In this document: one piece after another, positions 58,005 to 64,000 of the stretch
Layout of the letters: each line of letters starts with the position of its first letter
How positions within the stretch are numbered: position 1 is the stretch's first letter
From: Flavobacteriales bacterium
Lineage (GTDB): Bacteria > Bacteroidota > Bacteroidia > Flavobacteriales_D > CAJJDF01
NCBI GenBank assembly: GCA_965657945.1
Contig: CBFHPW010000012.1
Span: 2,109-66,108, forward strand
Direction of reading: 5' to 3'
DNA: 64,000 nucleotides
Translations under genes and position numbers: made by a program
Notes under the pieces: generated by a model
Told to the model about the DNA's origin: nothing
The model's input: the letters and a program-made list of their open reading frames with translations, nothing else
The model's database searches: none

Positions 58005-58898
58005 CTATTCATTAAAAGCCAACAGCGTCATCCAAGCTTCTTTTAACTTGTTTTCTTTTAATTCTTGTTTAGCTCTCTTGTGTAATTCTTCTTCTAGTTT
58101 TTCTTGTTCGTCTTCTAGCTCTACAAACAATTCGCTCAACTCAATTAACTTGTGGTCGTTTACGTCTGTTTCATTTGGCAGCTCTTCTATTCCTCCCAAC
58201 TTCCCTAAATCATTTCCTGTGAGAAATTTACTATTCCGGATATCTTCTGGAATCTCCTCATAGCCAATTCCAACAGTCATAATGGGTTTTTTAATTTCGA
58301 ACATAGAATCGGCATTCGCACGGCAATACCAGTTACCTCCCATTCGTGATACCAAATCAATTTTATGCTGGTCAATCGCTCCGTTTTCATCCAATACTGC
58401 TTCGTTGATATGAATTTTTGTCACTTCACAAATTACCAAATTCCCTGCTCCACCTTCTGTTCCTAGCTCGACTACTTCATTTACCTTACACTCAAATTGT
58501 ACTGGCGATTCTTTTACTCTAAAAGGCTTGACAGTTTCAGAGGCTATTGGCGTCAATCCAGATTTTACAAATTCATCTACATTGGCATCAAAAGGAGAAC
58601 TTGCTAAAGACATTTGCTCAACAATGCTATAATTTACAATATTGATAACCACCTCTGCTACTTCTTTCACATTGTCAAACGTGTTCTTGGTTGTATTCGT
58701 TCGTCCACTTCGGGCTGGTGAAAAAACCATTATAGGCGGATTGGCGGAAAACACATTGAAAAAACTAAACGGAGCCAAGTTTCTGTTTCCCTCTTTGTCG
58801 ATCGTACTCGCAAAAGCTATGGGACGAGGCCCTACTGCTCCCAACAAGTAATGATGTAATGTTGGAACAGGAATTTCTTTTGGATTAATTGTAAGCAT
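58005..58898 (-). CDS. Flavin reductase family protein (DIM6/NTAB)
   Basis: AVGPRPIAFAST, NLAPFSFFN, RVKESPVQFEC and SRMGGNWY. Confidence 0.9.
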   Translation of the reverse strand: MLTINPKEIPVPTLHHYLLGAVGPRPIAFASTIDKEGNRNLAPFSFFNVFSANPPIMVFSPARSGRTNTTKNTFDNVKEVAEVVINIVNYSIVEQMSLASSPFDANVDEFVKSGLTPIASETVKPFRVKESPVQFECKVNEVVELGTEGGAGNLVICEVTKIHINEAVLDENGAIDQHKIDLVSRMGGNWYCRANADSMFEIKKPIMTVGIGYEEIPEDIRNSKFLTGNDLGKLGGIEELPNETDVNDHKLIELSELFVELEDEQEKLEEELHKRAKQELKENKLKEAWMTLLAFNE

Positions 58899-59228
58899 AA
58901 TTTTAGTTTGTTTGTACGAAGATAAGAATGAAAGAAGATAATTTACTTTTTTAGAATATCAATTTATTAGTTGACTTCATCAAAATTCTAAATTGCAGTT
59001 TATAAAACTCTTGTTCATTTTTTTTCATTGATAAAAAATACTTCGACTCCTCCTAAAGTAAACCAAGCCAAAAAAATCTTGGCTTCATTTTACTCTGCAA
59101 TCTTAACTTGTATTTTTCGATTCAGTCAGTGATTTCCTTCTCAAACTCCGGAACTTCTTCCTTCATTAACGAAAATCTCAGGACAGATTGAGGTCAATAC
59201 CACTGTATTTGCATTTAAACTTAAAATT

Positions 59229-61187
59229 ATGTGTAATAGGTGCAAAAACTCTAGTATTTTTATGCTACCAATGAGCCAAACAATTCAAGACATATTAAAG
59301 CAGTATTGGGGATACGATTCTTTTCGTGATTCGCAAGAGGCGATTATCAATTCGGTGTTGGACGATAACAATACGTTGGCACTGTTGCCAACTGGCGGAG
59401 GAAAATCTATTTGCTACCAAGTTCCTGCACTTGTAAATGAGGGCATTTGCATTGTGGTTTCTCCTCTTATTGCCCTGATGAAAGATCAAGTTGAAAACTT
59501 ACAAAAGCGAGGAATTAAAGCTTTGGCTATTTTCTCGGGGATGAACAAAAGAGAAATAGATATCGCTTTGGATAATTGCGTGTATGGTAATTACAAATTC
59601 TTATATGTTTCACCAGAAAGGCTTCAGACAGAAATTTTTAAGGTGAGACTTGCCAAAATGAAAGTAAACTTAATTGCGGTAGATGAATCTCATTGTATTT
59701 CTCAGTGGGGTCATGACTTTAGGCCTGCTTACCAAAAAATAAAAGAAATTCGGGATATCATTGATCAATCTATTCCTTTTTTGGCTGTAACCGCCACAGC
59801 CAACACGCGAGTAATTCAAGATATTGCGACACAACTTTCGATAGAAACGGAGCACATAATTAAACAGAGCTTTGCGCGTGAAAACCTGGGATATCTAGTA
59901 TTGAAAGAAGAGAACAAAAAGCAACGACTTATTCAAATCATAAGAAAAACAGGTAAATGTGGAATTGTGTACGTTAATACCAGAAGAAAAACGAAAGAAA
60001 TTGCCGAGTACCTGCGGCAAAACAACATCAGTGCCGAATACTACCACGGTGGATTGTCACAAGAAGATAGAGACAAAAGGCAAGAAAACTGGATTCAAAA
60101 CAAAACTCAACTAATTGTAGCCACCAATGCCTTTGGGATGGGAATTGACAAACCAGATGTTCGGGTAGTGGTTCACATGGAACCACCTGCATCGCCAGAA
60201 GCTTATTTTCAAGAAGCAGGAAGAGGCGGCAGAGATGGAAAAAAATCCTTTGCAGTATTGCTTTACAAACCAAGCGACAAATCAACATTAGAGCGATTTC
60301 ACGAACTTGAATTTCCCGACACCTCACAAATAAAAAAAGTGTACAATGCACTTGGTAACTATTTTAGGTTAGCCATAGGAGGAGGCGAAAACTCAACTTA
60401 TGAATTTGATATCATTGATTTCTCAACTAAATTTAATTTTGAGGTAATCACAACTCATCATTGCCTATCTATTCTTGGGTTGGCTGGTTACATTCATTTA
60501 TCCGAAGCCATCACACGGCCAAACCGAGTGAAGTTTGAAGTAGGAAATAACGAATTGTACAACTACCAAATAAAACATGCCGAACACGAAGGGTTGATTC
60601 AACTATTGCTCAGAAAAAACGAAGGGATTTTTGACAATCTAACAGGAATAAATCTCACCAGCATAGGAGATTCACTCAAGAAAAGCGCCAAGGAAATTGA
60701 AGTGATTCTTCATAAACTTAACTCATTTGGGATTTTGGAGTTTCTACCAACCTCCAATCAGCCTGTGCTTACTTACACTGTTGACCGCATGCACGAGGAT
60801 CGATTGAAATTTGCGAAAGCCATATATCTCGACAGAAAAACCGTGAAAAAAGAACAGCTGGATTTTATGATTCGGTATTGCGAATCGGATACAATTTGCC
60901 GATCCAAACTATTACTTTCTTATTTCGATGAAACAGAATTTGTAGATTGCGGAACTTGCGATGTCTGTTTGTCAAGAAACAAAAAAGAACTAAGCAGTGA
61001 CCAGTTCTCATTAATAGAGCAAAAAATAAAGCAGCAAATAGACCAAAATCCTATGAGACTTTCTCAACTTGTTCAACTCCTACCCGATTTTAACCAAGAT
61101 GAAATCCTGCGTGTTATCCAATGGAAACTAGACGAGAACACACTGAATTACAACGATAAAAATGAGTTGTTTTTAATTCAGAAATAA
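59229..61187 (+). CDS. recQ: RecQ-family ATP-dependent DNA helicase (start probably ATG 59262 or 59271)
   Basis: LPTGGGKSICYQ, VDESHCISQWGHDFRPAY, ATNAFGMGIDK, QEAGRGGRDG and Zn motif CR...CGTCDVC. Confidence 0.93.
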   Translation: MCNRCKNSSIFMLPMSQTIQDILKQYWGYDSFRDSQEAIINSVLDDNNTLALLPTGGGKSICYQVPALVNEGICIVVSPLIALMKDQVENLQKRGIKALAIFSGMNKREIDIALDNCVYGNYKFLYVSPERLQTEIFKVRLAKMKVNLIAVDESHCISQWGHDFRPAYQKIKEIRDIIDQSIPFLAVTATANTRVIQDIATQLSIETEHIIKQSFARENLGYLVLKEENKKQRLIQIIRKTGKCGIVYVNTRRKTKEIAEYLRQNNISAEYYHGGLSQEDRDKRQENWIQNKTQLIVATNAFGMGIDKPDVRVVVHMEPPASPEAYFQEAGRGGRDGKKSFAVLLYKPSDKSTLERFHELEFPDTSQIKKVYNALGNYFRLAIGGGENSTYEFDIIDFSTKFNFEVITTHHCLSILGLAGYIHLSEAITRPNRVKFEVGNNELYNYQIKHAEHEGLIQLLLRKNEGIFDNLTGINLTSIGDSLKKSAKEIEVILHKLNSFGILEFLPTSNQPVLTYTVDRMHEDRLKFAKAIYLDRKTVKKEQLDFMIRYCESDTICRSKLLLSYFDETEFVDCGTCDVCLSRNKKELSSDQFSLIEQKIKQQIDQNPMRLSQLVQLLPDFNQDEILRVIQWKLDENTLNYNDKNELFLIQK

Positions 61188-61198
61188 CTTAGATTGAA

Positions 61199-61933
61199 TT
61201 AGGCAATTTGCTTCATAAAATCCGACAATCTTCTTCTTGCTATAGGAATGTTATCTCCATTGCTCATCACAGCAAAATTCCCCATTTGTCGAGACAATTC
61301 TTTTAAATGATTGTGCTTATTGATGATGTAAGATTTATGAACTCGATAAAATATATGAGAATTTACTTTTTCTTCGTATCGTTTTATTGTTTTACTGCTC
61401 AATATTTTAGACCCATCAGCTAGGTACAACTCGGTATAGTTCTCATCTGCCTTGAAATACAGAATATCTTTGTTTTCGATAAATATGTAACCGCTTCGAG
61501 TAGGAATAGATATCTTTTCGATTTCATCTTCCATCGTTACCTTCTCAGACTTTTGGATCAAATTATCGGCATAAGAAAATTTCATTGCTTTGTCTTGCGC
61601 CTTTTGTAGTTCCTCAATATCGATTGGCTTTTCGAGATAATCTATCGCATCTGCCTTAAAAGCTTTGAGAGCAAACTCCGAGTGTGCCGTGATAAATACT
61701 ACCGAAAAATCTCTGTCCTCAAATTCCTTTAACAACTCAAATCCATCTCCACCCGGCATGGCGATATCTAAAAACACCAAATCTGGGTCATACTGATTGA
61801 TCAGAATCTCACCTTGTTTTATATTCGCTGCCATTCCCACAATGTGCAAGTCTGGGCAGTATTGTTCTATTAACAATTGTAAGTTTTCTCTCGCATTGGG
61901 TTCGTCATCGATAATTATAGTAGTTAGTTTCAT
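61199..61933 (-). CDS. LytR/AlgR-family response regulator
   Basis: IIIDDE, VFLDIAMP, FITAH, DYLEKP and LytTR FYRVHKSYIIN. Confidence 0.93.
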   Translation of the reverse strand: MKLTTIIIDDEPNARENLQLLIEQYCPDLHIVGMAANIKQGEILINQYDPDLVFLDIAMPGGDGFELLKEFEDRDFSVVFITAHSEFALKAFKADAIDYLEKPIDIEELQKAQDKAMKFSYADNLIQKSEKVTMEDEIEKISIPTRSGYIFIENKDILYFKADENYTELYLADGSKILSSKTIKRYEEKVNSHIFYRVHKSYIINKHNHLKELSRQMGNFAVMSNGDNIPIARRRLSDFMKQIA

Positions 61934-62124
61934 GGCTAGGTTATTTTTGAATTCTTATATAATTTACAAGATTATTTTAGAATTCAAGGCAGCAAAATTT
62001 CATCTGTTACTTATTTTGAGTTATCGGTCACTTTGGTCTATTTATCCGTCTACAGACATTTCATTCATCGTCAACATCTAGCTGTTTTCAAAAAAATTAG
62101 TTTCTTTACAAAAAAGAAAAAAGC

Positions 62125-62586
62125 ATGTATTCAAAAGAAGAATCGAGATTGTTGAGAAAAGAGTTTTGGACCTCCTTTGGAGTATACATGAAAAAATACA
62201 ACAAAATTTACCAAGGAAAAATCAATTGGGTAAATTACAACACAAAGTGCAAGGATATTTACTTTCGATTGGACGTAAACAAAAAAAAGGCATCCTTTTC
62301 TTTTGACTTACAACATCGAGATGAGGGGTTGAGAGAATTGTTTTACGAGCAGTTTATGGAGTTAAAAGCGGTCATAACAGATAGTTTTGAAAACGAACTT
62401 ACTTGGCTACCTTTGCTCGAAACAGAGTTTGGGACCTCATCCAAAATATTTGCCGAGCTAGAGGGCGTTTCTGTTTTCAATAAGAACGACTGGCATGATG
62501 TATTTCCTTTCTTGGAAAAAAACATTGTAGCGGCTCACGATTTTTGGAATGAGTTTAGCGATATTTTTAAAAACTTGGAAGACTAG
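62125..62586 (+). CDS. DUF4268-like protein
   Basis: MYSKEE...KEFWTSFG, WVNYNTKCKDIYFRL and RELFYEQF.ELK. Confidence 0.75.
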   Translation: MYSKEESRLLRKEFWTSFGVYMKKYNKIYQGKINWVNYNTKCKDIYFRLDVNKKKASFSFDLQHRDEGLRELFYEQFMELKAVITDSFENELTWLPLLETEFGTSSKIFAELEGVSVFNKNDWHDVFPFLEKNIVAAHDFWNEFSDIFKNLED

Positions 62587-64000
62587 AAACTCCAAGCAAG
62601 ACCTAAACTCGGTAGTATTGGCAACTGATATACTTTCTCGGCTGTAACTCGATCTACATAAAATATATTCTCTCTGTTGTAAATATTGGTTACCCCAAAG
62701 TTCAATTCCAATTCAGAAGTCTTGAATTTTACAATTTTCTTGATGTTCACATCAAATCGGTGATAAGTAGGCAGTCTTCCTTCATTTAGACCCGCGTACA
62801 CGGCTGTTAATTCATTCGCATTTGCTTGAGTAATATCGGTTCCGGTACCATCGGTAAAGTCTATTTTTTGATAATATCCTTGAGTTTGTGTGAAGGGTAA
62901 TCCAGAACCAAAATTCCATCGAGCATTTAGCTGCCAGCTATCCTTTTTACCAAATTTATATGTTGCCAATAAGTTCACCGAATGCCTTCTATCAAAAACA
63001 GGAGCGTACGTTCGCACACCATCCCATCTGGTAACTTTTCCTAAAGAATAAACTCCCCACAAATACCACTTTTTGTTCGTGTATTTTGCCACAAAGTCTA
63101 CTCCATAAGCGTCTCCAGTTTCTACCACGTAATCTTTTTTTAAGATATCGGGAGCATCCACATCATCGTTTTCATCAAATATCTTGTTTCGGTTGATGTT
63201 GGTAAGCTGTATAAATCGCTTGTAATAACCTTCCACATTTAAACTAATATTTCTGGTAATATCAAACTCGGTTCCTACAATTAAGTGATTGGCTTTTTGT
63301 AAGGAGTGTGTTACGTCCCTTGTGTTGCCGTCTTCATCTGTGAATTGGTCTTGCAAATTATCTGGTCCAGACAAAAATCCGTAAAATAAGTTCACTACAT
63401 CTCTATCAGAATTGGCACTGATAAGGTTTTGAGAGTAAATTCCAGCTGCTAACTTAAGCCTCACATTTTCGCTCAAATTGTATTTCAGTCCCAATCTTGG
63501 CTCCGGAGAAAAAGTCTTGAGTGTTGCGTAATACTGCATCCTAAAGCTTGGCTCGATTACCAATAGTGGTTTTACAATTCGGTAAGAAATATAAGAACCA
63601 AGTTCTGTTGTGTTTTCATTCTGCTCAATTCTTCTGTTTGTGGAGTTTATGTAACTAAAATCCGTCCCAAATCCTGAAACCTCAATCCCATATTTAAGCT
63701 CATTTTCTTTGATGAAATATTTAAAATCAAAACCAAAATTGAAGCTGTTCACTCCACTCGTTCTCTCTTGTCCGTTTTCTTCCAGCAATCTTATTTTGTA
63801 ATCCGAAACCGAAAACTTTCCTTCAATCAATACTTTGGAAGTACCCGGAACTAGCAAGAAATTTGAACCTACTCCCCAACTATTCCAGCTAAGATCAGAG
63901 ATTGCTTGGTAGTTTACGTTGTCTTGAAAATTGAAACCAAATAGATTAAACTTACTCCCATTTCTACCCTTAAACGTTAGTTTTCCGTACAAATCGGTAA
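62583..64000 (-). CDS. TonB-dependent receptor, C-terminal barrel part (5' end outside window)
   Basis: Barrel strands, DRRHSVN, RLPTYHRFD, NIYNRENIFY and terminal W-S-F. The ORF-track start at 63992 is an internal TTG. Confidence 0.9.
   Translation of the reverse strand, partial: TDLYGKLTFKGRNGSKFNLFGFNFQDNVNYQAISDLSWNSWGVGSNFLLVPGTSKVLIEGKFSVSDYKIRLLEENGQERTSGVNSFNFGFDFKYFIKENELKYGIEVSGFGTDFSYINSTNRRIEQNENTTELGSYISYRIVKPLLVIEPSFRMQYYATLKTFSPEPRLGLKYNLSENVRLKLAAGIYSQNLISANSDRDVVNLFYGFLSGPDNLQDQFTDEDGNTRDVTHSLQKANHLIVGTEFDITRNISLNVEGYYKRFIQLTNINRNKIFDENDDVDAPDILKKDYVVETGDAYGVDFVAKYTNKKWYLWGVYSLGKVTRWDGVRTYAPVFDRRHSVNLLATYKFGKKDSWQLNARWNFGSGLPFTQTQGYYQKIDFTDGTGTDITQANANELTAVYAGLNEGRLPTYHRFDVNIKKIVKFKTSELELNFGVTNIYNRENIFYVDRVTAEKVYQLPILPSLGLAWSF

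Noticed and set aside
59010-59200. Protein-like minus-strand fragment (MKEEVPEFEKEITD*IEKYKL...) upstream of the flavin reductase gene
   Set aside because: Interrupted by stops, short and unidentifiable without a search.
16308-62525. Numerous 60-136 aa ORFs nested antisense or out of frame within mnmE, sucD, the triad genes, sprA, MMPL, gltX, recQ and others
   Set aside because: They fully overlap well-supported genes and show no recognisable motifs.
1-64000. CRISPR array, rRNA, IS transposase
   Set aside because: No regularly spaced repeats, rRNA-like sequence or transposase motifs were seen. The 441-nt repeat is coding, and the heptamer array is too short and irregular for CRISPR.

Overview
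This is a chromosomal window from a Bacteroidota bacterium, probably a Flavobacteriales-like lineage. That is inferred from the T9SS/gliding genes sprA, sprE/porW, gldB and a PorV-family gene, and from repeated TAnnTTTG -7 promoter boxes. It has two parts. (1) Positions 1-15869 form an accessory region that looks more AT-rich by eye (not computed). It abuts the 3' end of mnmE and ends in a tyrosine integrase / hypothetical / excisionase-like module with an ACACAAA heptamer array. Its cargo includes a 5'-intact, 3'-truncated ORF missed by the ORF track (signal peptide, extracellular domain, seven TM helices, STAND-type ATPase). It also carries SH3, Zn-ribbon, OmpA and tandem-TerB proteins, a 5'(3')-deoxyribonucleotidase, a YqiA-like esterase, an 8-Cys miniprotein and an orphan PD-(D/E)xK nuclease. 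Two nested inverted duplications and signs of decay are present. (2) Positions 15870-64000 are mostly core genes: mnmE, sucD, tRNA-Pro, HIT, greA, gldB, sprE, gatA, tatA, ruvA, sprA, tRNA-Phe, lnt, MMPL, an M43 protease, gltX and recQ. This part also holds a tightly linked, functionally uncharacterised three-gene unit: TonB-dependent-receptor-like barrel, 1390-aa secreted protein with an atypical T9SS-like CTD, and PorV/PorQ-family barrel. The best candidates for new biology are the 7TM-STAND receptor-ATPase and that three-gene outer-membrane unit. A terminator apparently inside the greA leader is also notable. All family calls come from motif recognition by eye; no database searches were run.
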